64,000 nucleotides of DNA. Source: an archaeon GW2011_AR18. GTDB lineage: Archaea; Nanobdellota; Nanobdellia; SCGC-AAA011-G17; GW2011-AR18. Below are positions 56,717 through 64,000 of the stretch, one piece after another. The stretch covers positions 5,097 through 69,096 of the forward strand of contig JWKX01000007.1 of NCBI GenBank assembly GCA_000806155.1. Direction: 5' to 3'. The position numbers and the translations under genes are program-made. Below the pieces are notes generated by a model that saw nothing but the letters and a program-made list of their open reading frames with translations, was not told the origin of the DNA and did no database searches. Each line of letters starts with the position of its first letter. Position 1 is the stretch's first letter.

Positions 56717-58546
56717 TTACTTTTCCTCATCATTTATTACTTCTGCATCTACAACTTTGTCTTTTTTCTTTCCGCTTACTTCGTGGTCTTTTGCTTTCTC
56801 TTCTTGCTTCATTGCTTCTTGATAAAGTTTTGCAGACATTTCATGTAATTTCTTATTTACATCTTCCATCTTTCTTTTCAACATTCCTGTCTCATTATTT
56901 TTTATCAAGTCTTTCAGTTCATTCTTGTCTCTTTCAATATCAGCAAGTTGTGTCTTATCGACTTTTGATCCAGCATCTTTTACTGCTTTCTCTATTGTGT
57001 AGACTAGTGCTTCTGCTTCGTTTTTGGTCTCTGCTGCCTCTTTTTTCTTTTTATCTTCTTCAGCATAGTTCTCAGCATCTTTCTGCATCTTCTCTATTTC
57101 TCCTTTGTCTAATTTCTGGTTTGCAGTTATCTTGATGCTTTGTTCTTTTCCTGTTCCCATATCTTTTGCATGTACACTTACTATTCCGTTTGCATCTATA
57201 TCAAATGTTACCTCAATCTGTGGTACTCCTCTCTGTGATGGTGGTATTCCTACTAAATCAAATTTACCTAGTGCTTTGTTATCAGCAGCCATCTCTCTCT
57301 CTCCTTGTAGTACATTTATTGTTACAGCTGATTGGTTATCCTCTGCTGTACTGAAGGATTGAGATTTCTTTGTTGGTATTGTTGTGTTTCTTGGTATTAA
57401 TGGAGTTCTTATCCCGCCTAGTGTTTCTATTCCTAGTGTTAATGGTGTTACATCTAATAATAAGATGTCTTTTACCTCTCCTCCTAATACTCCTGCCTGT
57501 ACTGCTGCTCCTAGAGCTACACATTCCATTGGGTCTATTCCCCTTTCTGCTTTTCTGTTTAATGTGTCTTCTACAAACTTTCTTACCATTGGCATTCTTG
57601 TTGGTCCACCGACTAAGATTATTTTATCAATAGCATTTATCTCAACTTTTGCATCTTTTATTGCTTGCATTAATGGTTTCTTGCATCTTGATACTATCGG
57701 CTCCATTAGTTCTTCTAATTTTGCTCTTGTCATTTTCATCTGCAAGTTATTTGAACCGTTGATGAATGGTAAATTTATTTCAGTTTCCATCATTGTGCTT
57801 AGTTCTATCTTTGATCTCTCAGCTGCCTCTCTTACTCTCTGTACAGCTGTCTTGTCTTCATTTAGATCTATTCCGCTCTCTTTCTGGAATTCTTTTAATA
57901 TGAAATTCATTAATACTAAATCCATATCAGTTCCACCTAATTGTGTGTCTCCTGATGTTGATTTTACTTCGAAGATTCCATCTCCTAATTCCATTATTGT
58001 TACATCTAGTGTTCCTCCACCTAGATCAAATACTAAAATTTTAGATTCTTTGTCTTGCTTGTCTATTCCGTAAGCTAGTGATGCTGCTGTTGGTTCATTT
58101 ACAATTCTTATTACTTCCAATCCAGCTATCTGTCCTGCATCTTTTGTTGCTTGTCTTTGATTGTCATCGAAGTATGCTGGTACTGTGATTACTGCTTTCT
58201 CTACTTTTTCTCCTAAGAATTCTTCTGCATCTTTCTTTATCTTTTGTAATATGAAAGCTGAGATCTGTTGTGGTGTGAATCTTTTTCCTCTAATATCATA
58301 AGTGTATCCAGTTCCCATCTTTCTTTTTGCAGCCATTATTGTCCCTTCTGGGTTTGATACTGCTTGACGTCTTGCTGGCTCTCCAACTAACATCTGTCCG
58401 TCTTTTGTTAATCCTACTACACTTGGGAATGCTTTTCCGTATAATGATGTTCCCTCTGCACTTGGTACTATTACTGGTCTTCCAGCCTGCATTACTGCTG
58501 CTGCTGAATTGCTGGTCCCCAAATCTATCCCTATTATTTTACTCAT
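56717..58546 (-). CDS. dnaK: Chaperone DnaK
   Basis: [21 protein letters not shown] and DLGGGT. Confidence 0.98.
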   Translation of the reverse strand: MSKIIGIDLGTSNSAAAVMQAGRPVIVPSAEGTSLYGKAFPSVVGLTKDGQMLVGEPARRQAVSNPEGTIMAAKRKMGTGYTYDIRGKRFTPQQISAFILQKIKKDAEEFLGEKVEKAVITVPAYFDDNQRQATKDAGQIAGLEVIRIVNEPTAASLAYGIDKQDKESKILVFDLGGGTLDVTIMELGDGIFEVKSTSGDTQLGGTDMDLVLMNFILKEFQKESGIDLNEDKTAVQRVREAAERSKIELSTMMETEINLPFINGSNNLQMKMTRAKLEELMEPIVSRCKKPLMQAIKDAKVEINAIDKIILVGGPTRMPMVRKFVEDTLNRKAERGIDPMECVALGAAVQAGVLGGEVKDILLLDVTPLTLGIETLGGIRTPLIPRNTTIPTKKSQSFSTAEDNQSAVTINVLQGEREMAADNKALGKFDLVGIPPSQRGVPQIEVTFDIDANGIVSVHAKDMGTGKEQSIKITANQKLDKGEIEKMQKDAENYAEEDKKKKEAAETKNEAEALVYTIEKAVKDAGSKVDKTQLADIERDKNELKDLIKNNETGMLKRKMEDVNKKLHEMSAKLYQEAMKQEEKAKDHEVSGKKKDKVVDAEVINDEEK

Positions 58547-58547
58547 T

Positions 58548-58700
58548 TTAAATACCCCCGTATCCTATTGTTGATTTAACATAACTTACTTTATTTGCTG
58601 ATCTTAATGAATCATATCCACCTTTCATCTTTGCATACATTTCACCTGTATTTGCTGAGTATGCTGAATGGTTGCTGTTACATTGGTCTGCACTGCACAT
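58548..58700 (-). CDS. 50-aa ORF between grpE and dnaK, not in the ORF track
   Basis: [15 protein letters not shown]...TIGYGGI; starts 1 nt after the grpE stop and ends 1 nt before the dnaK start. Confidence 0.6.
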   Translation of the reverse strand: MCSADQCNSNHSAYSANTGEMYAKMKGGYDSLRSANKVSYVKSTIGYGGI

Positions 58701-58701
58701 T

Positions 58702-59193
58702 TTACTTTTCCTCCTTCTTGCTGACTATTACTTTACTTGTTCTTAGTACCTTGTCATGCATTGTGTATCCTTTTTGTAATTCTTCTATTACCATGTCATC
58801 TTTTTCTCCATTTCTTAAGTCTATAATCTCATGTTTGAATGGATCGAATTTGTTTCCTTTTGCGTTTATTTGTTTTATTCCTTCCTCTTCTAATATTTTG
58901 AATAAATGTTTTTGTACCATCTCTAATCCTTGTGTTAATTTTTTATCTTGTGTCTCATTTAGTAATTTCATTGTTCTCTCGAAATCATCTGCTACATTTA
59001 GTAATTTTACTGCTAGTTTTGCTGTTGCATATTTTTCTAATTCTTCTTTCTCTTTCTTTGTTCTTTTTATGTGATTGTCAAAATCTGCTTGTAATCTCTG
59101 TAATGTTTTTGTGTAATCTTCTACTATATTTTGGTCTTCTTGCTGTGTTTTTTCTTCAGTTTGGGTTTGTGTGGTTTGTTCTTTTTTTTCCAT
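58702..59193 (-). CDS. grpE: Nucleotide exchange factor GrpE
   Basis: RLQADFDN, FDPFKHE and QKGYTMHDKVLR; start moved to MEKK at 59193. Confidence 0.95.
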   Translation of the reverse strand: MEKKEQTTQTQTEEKTQQEDQNIVEDYTKTLQRLQADFDNHIKRTKKEKEELEKYATAKLAVKLLNVADDFERTMKLLNETQDKKLTQGLEMVQKHLFKILEEEGIKQINAKGNKFDPFKHEIIDLRNGEKDDMVIEELQKGYTMHDKVLRTSKVIVSKKEEK

Positions 59194-59207
59194 GTTAAGC
59201 GATTCCT

Positions 59208-59237
59208 GTTGACCTAAGCTCAACTAAGATAGGTTGA
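59208..59237. promoter_or_regulatory. Putative heat-shock operator
   Basis: GTTGA-N7-TCAAC-N8-GTTGA between the TATA box and the grpE start. Confidence 0.5.
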
Positions 59238-59398
59238 AATAGTATATAAATATTGCTTTTTGCACTATTAAGGCTTATAAACGTGTTTTATGAGGTTTAT
59301 AGAAATTTAATTCAACTTAGTCCGAATATTGTCCGAAAACTTAGGTGTATTTTCCTATTATTTTATTTATAGGCGAAGAATAAATATTTAGAACTTAA

Positions 59399-59758
59399 TT
59401 ACGGTCTAGTTTTTTTTACAATATCGCCAAGATTTCTTTTAGCTACTTCAAACTCTTCTCTTGCTGATTCAGCGTCTTGATAACCAAACTGGTTACAATC
59501 TGCTACACTTATTCCATCACAACCCATAGCTTCTCTAGTTACTTCATCAATAGCATAATGATTGATACTTGTAACTTTAATATAATAGTCACGGACATAT
59601 AAACCATCACCTTTCTGAAGAGGATTAGCGAATTCTACAGGTTTTGTACGAATAAAAAACTCTTGCATCCTTTCTCCTTCTCTTGGCTGTTCATTAGGAT
59701 TGCCGTTTGCAAATCTTAAAATTATTTCATATGTGAATTTCATTATATTTACCTTCAT
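59399..59758 (-). CDS. Hypothetical protein
   Basis: ATG ORF. Confidence 0.55.
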   Translation of the reverse strand: MKVNIMKFTYEIILRFANGNPNEQPREGERMQEFFIRTKPVEFANPLQKGDGLYVRDYYIKVTSINHYAIDEVTREAMGCDGISVADCNQFGYQDAESAREEFEVAKRNLGDIVKKTRP

Positions 59759-59862
59759 TTTTATAGATATGGTCTTATTTATAAATCTTTCATTTGTTAC
59801 TACAATTAAGTAAAATCATTACTCATTTAATAAGAATAATAAAGTTATAAAAATTTAAATAA

Positions 59863-59881
59863 TCCGCAAATCTTCCAATAA
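59863..59881 (+). repeat. 19-bp intergenic repeat, copy 2
   Basis: Identical to 45851-45869. Confidence 0.8.
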
Positions 59882-59923
59882 TTCTTCCTATAGCTTTTTT
59901 AATTCTAAAATAATAATATAATT

Positions 59924-60223
59924 ATGAACAAATTAACTAATCTTTCATTGGCAGCTTTAATTTCTTTAGCTTCTGAATCTTGCGTGACTAATAAATATTG
60001 TACATCTATAGATTTAGAAAATAAAAGAAGATTAGAGACTTGTATAAATTATGATAATGGAAAACCTTCACATGCCTCTTACACTTTGTTCAATGGATGG
60101 AATCTTCCAGTTATGGCAACTACTGACTATTATCTTGATGGTCCTGATCAAACTGTTGAATATGAATATGATAGGCATAGGCAAATTAAAAGTAAGATTG
60201 TAAGGAATAATCTAGAAAAATAA
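59924..60223 (+). CDS. Small secreted or lipoprotein-like protein
   Basis: Hydrophobic N-terminus followed by Cys. Confidence 0.55.
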   Translation: MNKLTNLSLAALISLASESCVTNKYCTSIDLENKRRLETCINYDNGKPSHASYTLFNGWNLPVMATTDYYLDGPDQTVEYEYDRHRQIKSKIVRNNLEK

Positions 60224-60266
60224 GATATATAGAAAGTATTATAAGTATCTATAACTATCTATAAGC

Positions 60267-60491
60267 ATGAAATTGACAAGTATACAAATAAGCATGGAAA
60301 CTAAAAAAAAATTAGATCAAAAAAAGATTCACCCTAGAGAATCTTATGAGTCTGTAATAATGAGAGTGTTAGAAAATGACGAAATACCCTCTTTAGAAGA
60401 AGCATTCAATTTAAGCGATAAAATAAAACAAAAAAGAAAATATTCAACAGAGGAAGTTATAAAATTATCGCATGAATGGAGAAACAAATGA
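60267..60491 (+). CDS. Antitoxin (VapB-like)
   Basis: TSIQIS.ETKKKL...RESYESVI; ATGA overlap with a PIN gene; TATCTATAA direct repeats upstream. Confidence 0.8.
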   Translation: MKLTSIQISMETKKKLDQKKIHPRESYESVIMRVLENDEIPSLEEAFNLSDKIKQKRKYSTEEVIKLSHEWRNK

Positions 60492-60862
60492 AATTTATTG
60501 ATGCTAATATAATAATAAAAGCTTTTACTGATGATGGTGATCAAGAGAGTTGTAGAAAATTATTATCATCTGAGTTTGTTACAAATACATTAGTCTTGGT
60601 AGAGGCATTCAATGCAATATCTAGAATAAAAAATGATAAACTTTCAGCATCTAATTGTGTAAAATCTTTATTCAAAGCTAATTGTATAATAATGGATTTA
60701 AATAGGGACTTATTATTTGAATCTTTAAAAAGAATAAATAAATATGGCCTGGATTTTCCAGATTTAATTCATTACACCTCTGCTGTATTGAATAACTGTT
60801 CTGAGATAGTTTCATTCGATAGAGATTTTGATAACATGGATCTAAAAAGAATAGAACCTTAA
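60488..60862 (+). CDS. PIN-domain toxin (VapC-like)
   Basis: FIDANII, E, DLIH and SFDRDFD. Confidence 0.88.
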   Translation: MKFIDANIIIKAFTDDGDQESCRKLLSSEFVTNTLVLVEAFNAISRIKNDKLSASNCVKSLFKANCIIMDLNRDLLFESLKRINKYGLDFPDLIHYTSAVLNNCSEIVSFDRDFDNMDLKRIEP

Positions 60863-60893
60863 GATATTTAAACAAGATTAATAAAATACTATT

Positions 60894-61337
60894 ATGAAAT
60901 ATGAATTCCAGAAGATTACTATAATTAAATTAAGGAAATCATCTAATAAAGATGTTAATGATGATCTCCAATGGTTCTCTCAATCTTTAGGTTTATTCGG
61001 TGAAAGAGATAAAGAAAAATCTTGTTTTAGGGTCTTTGTTGAATTATTGAAAGCTTCAAGAAGGAATAAAGAATTGACTTCAGATGAATTAGCATTAAAA
61101 TCTAATTTATCTAGAGCTACTGTCATTCATCACCTTAACAAACTTATGGAATCTGGCTTAGTAATATCACAGGATAATATGTACTCTTTAAGAGTCAATA
61201 ACTTAGAATACTTAGTTGATGAGTTAAGGAAAGATGTTCTTCGTACACTTGACGATATTCATTCTATGGCTGAAGAATTAGACGAAGAATTAGGCTTGTC
61301 TAAGCGTTCTAACAAGAATAACACTCTTTCTGACTAA
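60894..61337 (+). CDS. ArsR/TrmB-like winged-HTH regulator
   Basis: LTSDELA...LSRATVIHHLNKLMESGLV. Confidence 0.85.
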   Translation: MKYEFQKITIIKLRKSSNKDVNDDLQWFSQSLGLFGERDKEKSCFRVFVELLKASRRNKELTSDELALKSNLSRATVIHHLNKLMESGLVISQDNMYSLRVNNLEYLVDELRKDVLRTLDDIHSMAEELDEELGLSKRSNKNNTLSD

Positions 61338-61412
61338 ATCCATTACCAAGTAGTTACATCACAGTTAGTCTTTTAAGTTTTCCGGTAATTCTATGGTTAC
61401 GGAGAAAATAAA

Positions 61413-62039
61413 ATGGATACAAAACAATTTTTCAGACTTGCAGGATTTAGTTATGAAAAATATCAAACAACAAGAGAACAATTAACACAAGGTAAATTTA
61501 ATCATGCTAAATTGGCTCTTAAAATAATTATAGATCGTGCTGGTGATTTAGAGGTACCTCAAGAGATAATTGATCAATACTCAATAGCAACAAATGGTGT
61601 CCTAGCACAGAAATTAAATTCTATAGCGAATGCTTTAGATTCTATAGAAGGAAAATTAGAAATGTATACTATAGATAACTTGGGAAGAGAGATTGTTTCA
61701 GCACAACTAGATGTTGAGGATCCCAATGCTAATGTATTATATGATTTGAAAGAAAAGTTTGATAAAATTGCTACAACTTATAGAGTATCAACAGAAATAA
61801 GAGAATATCTTGCAAGTTCATTGGATGAATTAGGTCCTAAATTGAAGTTTGATGGTGGTATTGTAGTTGCAGATTTCATAAGATCAAAGGATACAATGGA
61901 GAGACTAGAAAGAATATTGAATCATCCATTCAGCCCGACAACCCCTGAAATTAGGAATAGGTATAGTAATATTAGTATCGCCTATCAAACTGGAATGGGT
62001 TTAATTAGAGAAAACGGTTTGGCTTCATCAGATAATTAA
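61413..62039 (+). CDS. Hypothetical protein
   Basis: ATG ORF with GGAG upstream. Confidence 0.65.
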   Translation: MDTKQFFRLAGFSYEKYQTTREQLTQGKFNHAKLALKIIIDRAGDLEVPQEIIDQYSIATNGVLAQKLNSIANALDSIEGKLEMYTIDNLGREIVSAQLDVEDPNANVLYDLKEKFDKIATTYRVSTEIREYLASSLDELGPKLKFDGGIVVADFIRSKDTMERLERILNHPFSPTTPEIRNRYSNISIAYQTGMGLIRENGLASSDN

Positions 62040-62077
62040 TTCACAAGTTTTTTATTTATCTTATATACTATAATATC

Positions 62078-62395
62078 ATGGAAGAGATATCAGTTCAGGA
62101 ATTAAAGAAGAAATTCGATGATAAAGAAGACTTTATCTTATTAGATGTTCGTACAATTGATGAATATAATACCTGTAATATTAAAGATTCAATTTTGATT
62201 CCTTTAAACGAGCTTCCTTCTAGATTTAATGAATTAAACAAAAATAAAGAGATAATTGTTCATTGTCATCATGGTTCTAGAAGTGCTAAAGCAGTATTAT
62301 TTCTTGAATCTGTTGGTTTTACTAATGTAACTAATCTTAAAGGTGGGATTGACTCTTGGTCTGAAGAAATAGATTCTAATGTTTTAAAATATTAA
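62078..62395 (+). CDS. Rhodanese-like sulfurtransferase
   Basis: LLDVR, CHHGSRS and LKGGIDSW. Confidence 0.92.
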   Translation: MEEISVQELKKKFDDKEDFILLDVRTIDEYNTCNIKDSILIPLNELPSRFNELNKNKEIIVHCHHGSRSAKAVLFLESVGFTNVTNLKGGIDSWSEEIDSNVLKY

Positions 62396-63099
62396 CCCCA
62401 CTTATCAACTTTTATTTTTTTCTTCTCAATATTGTATTTTAATAATATTTTCTCTACTGATTCTACAAATAATTTTGGCCCACAGATGTAGTAAGTATTT
62501 TCATTGAAATTTTTTATATTATTATTTAATAAATTTTCATCTATTCTTCCCTTGTTTCCTTTAAAGTTTTCGTCTCTAGTTGCTGTTGGTATAAACTTTA
62601 GATTTTCATTTTTTAGTTTATTGAATTCTTCATAGAATAAAAAATCTTTTTCTGCTCTTGCACTATAGAATAATGTTATATTGGCATTTATTTTTTTATC
62701 AAGTAGATATTTACTCATGCATCTGAATGGTGTTATTCCTGTTCCTCCAGCTATGAATACTAAATTAGGATTCTCTTCTAATACAAATACTCCGAAAGGT
62801 CCTTTTGCCTCTATCTGATCTCCAGGTTCTAGTTTGCTTAATCCTGTGCTTACTGATTTAGCCCTTTTCTCTGGCTCTTCTGGATAGTCCTCTCTTTTTA
62901 TTGTGAACATCAGCAGCTCTTCAGTAGGGCTTGAACTTATTGAGTATGCTCTTTTTTCTTGTTTTCCATTAACTTCTACTGCTAAGTTTATGAACTGTCC
63001 TGGCTTGAAATCTAAATCTTTTGGTTTCTCAAATTTTAAAGTATAGATCTCACTAGTATGCCATATTTTCTCTTTTAATCTTAATTGTATGTTTAGCAT
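62392..63099 (-). CDS. FAD/NAD(P)-binding oxidoreductase, FNR family
   Basis: FKPGQF, RAYSISS, GPFG, AGGTGITP and YICGP. Confidence 0.92.
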   Translation of the reverse strand: MLNIQLRLKEKIWHTSEIYTLKFEKPKDLDFKPGQFINLAVEVNGKQEKRAYSISSSPTEELLMFTIKREDYPEEPEKRAKSVSTGLSKLEPGDQIEAKGPFGVFVLEENPNLVFIAGGTGITPFRCMSKYLLDKKINANITLFYSARAEKDFLFYEEFNKLKNENLKFIPTATRDENFKGNKGRIDENLLNNNIKNFNENTYYICGPKLFVESVEKILLKYNIEKKKIKVDKWG

Positions 63100-63186
63100 A
63101 TATTAGCGATTCTTAGAATATTTATAAAACTTTACAACTATTTCTTTAATGAAAACATTTATAAAACCTTTATTTTTCCTATATAA

Positions 63187-63331
63187 TGAGCGGTCATAGC
63201 GGCTTGGTTCCACCCGATCTCATTTAATGCTGGTTTATACCAGTTTTAGAGATTTTCGAACTCGGATAGTTAAGCAAGCCCACGTTCCATATTGTACTGT
63301 ACTGCGTACGGGAAGTATGGTTCGCTGCTCA
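63187..63331 (+). rRNA. rrf: 5S rRNA with a 31-nt BHB intron (63224-63254)
   Basis: Helix I TGAGCGGT/GCTGCTCA, CATAGC, helix II GGCTTG/CAAGCC, CCCGATCTCAT|TTCGAACTCGG, AGTTAAGC, GTAC...GGGAA; TATA box about 25 nt upstream. Confidence 0.9.
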
Positions 63332-63998
63332 CCTTATATTCTTTAATTAATTCATTAAATTTTACAACATTTTTAGACGTAGCTTCATAAGATTTCAAAA
63401 CAAGATTCAATCTTCTTATTTTATCTGGATGTAAGAATCCTATTCTATTTCTATATTTTATCATGTTATCTTTCCCAGTAATGCTTAGGATGTAAGATTT
63501 ATCATAGTCGCTTTTAGGTCGATTCCTTATGATTCTGTTGGTCTTTATATCAAAGTCGTTTAGTAAGATAATCTTTGTCTCTTCTAATATTTTTATTGAA
63601 TTAGAAGCCAAAGTAATGCTTCTTTTCCATTCTTTAGTTTTAATAGCTAATCTAAGTGATGGACTTCCTTCATCATCGTACAATGCTCTTAGATACTCCT
63701 TTTTTATATCTTTGGAAGAATTTTTTATATCTTCAGGAATAAAAATCTTTAAGCTTCTATAATCTGTTAGATATTCAAGAAATCTGTTAATTATTGCTTT
63801 TTTATGTACCTGCCTAAAAGGTGTTCCAGAATTTCCAACTCCTGGCGTAAAATGAACATTTCCAAACTCTTTTAACATATCTTGTTCGAATTCTTTTAAT
63901 AATTCAGGGCATGTATTACTATATCTTAAATATCTATAATATAAGTTTCCGTCTCCACTTATCTTTGCTATACATCTAGCCATTTCTTTTGTTAACAT
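63270..63998 (-). mobile_element. Free-standing LAGLIDADG homing endonuclease
   Basis: IAKISGDG and YLRALYDDEG motifs, IGFLHPDK; the 3' end overlaps the 5S rRNA; the start is at the window edge. Confidence 0.82.
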
Positions 63999-64000
63999 CT

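Noticed and set aside
45851-59881. Integrated element bounded by the 19-bp direct repeats
   Set aside because: The enclosed region contains core genes (dnaK, dnaJ, grpE, lemA) and no integrase or transposase.
61378-61406. Hairpin covering GGAG upstream of ORF 61413 (thermometer-like)
   Set aside because: The stem is weak with several G-U pairs, and the likely transcription start falls inside it.

Overview
Very AT-rich (about 28% GC by eye), gene-dense archaeal chromosome segment, most consistent with a DPANN archaeon of the Woesearchaeota/Pacearchaeota type. Evidence for this is aTrm56, deoxyhypusine synthase, ABCE1, PolB, BHB tRNA introns and mostly leaderless TATA promoters, alongside bacterial-type tgt, adk, NrdR and dnaK/dnaJ/grpE. 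It carries housekeeping genes, a dNTP cluster (tmk, thyX, dcd, nrdR-nrdJ-trx), three vapBC modules, four complete tRNAs, an orphan tRNA-Leu 5' piece and a 5S rRNA. Main observations: (1) The 5S rRNA contains a 31-nt intron with a canonical bulge-helix-bulge (BHB), and removing it restores canonical loop C. (2) Two free-standing LAGLIDADG genes run convergently into RNA genes (tRNA-Gly and 5S) and stop within 16 nt of a 31-nt BHB intron, which suggests collaborative homing. (3) Three introns of unrelated sequence share one 31-nt architecture. (4) A non-coding array of five palindromic cassettes translates to variants of the hypervariable segment of BRO-N-type DNA-binding proteins. (5) Inteins sit at the catalytic cysteines of both RNR (rare Asp-terminated) and the adjacent thioredoxin. 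All calls were made by eye from the sequence and recalled family motifs; no searches were run.
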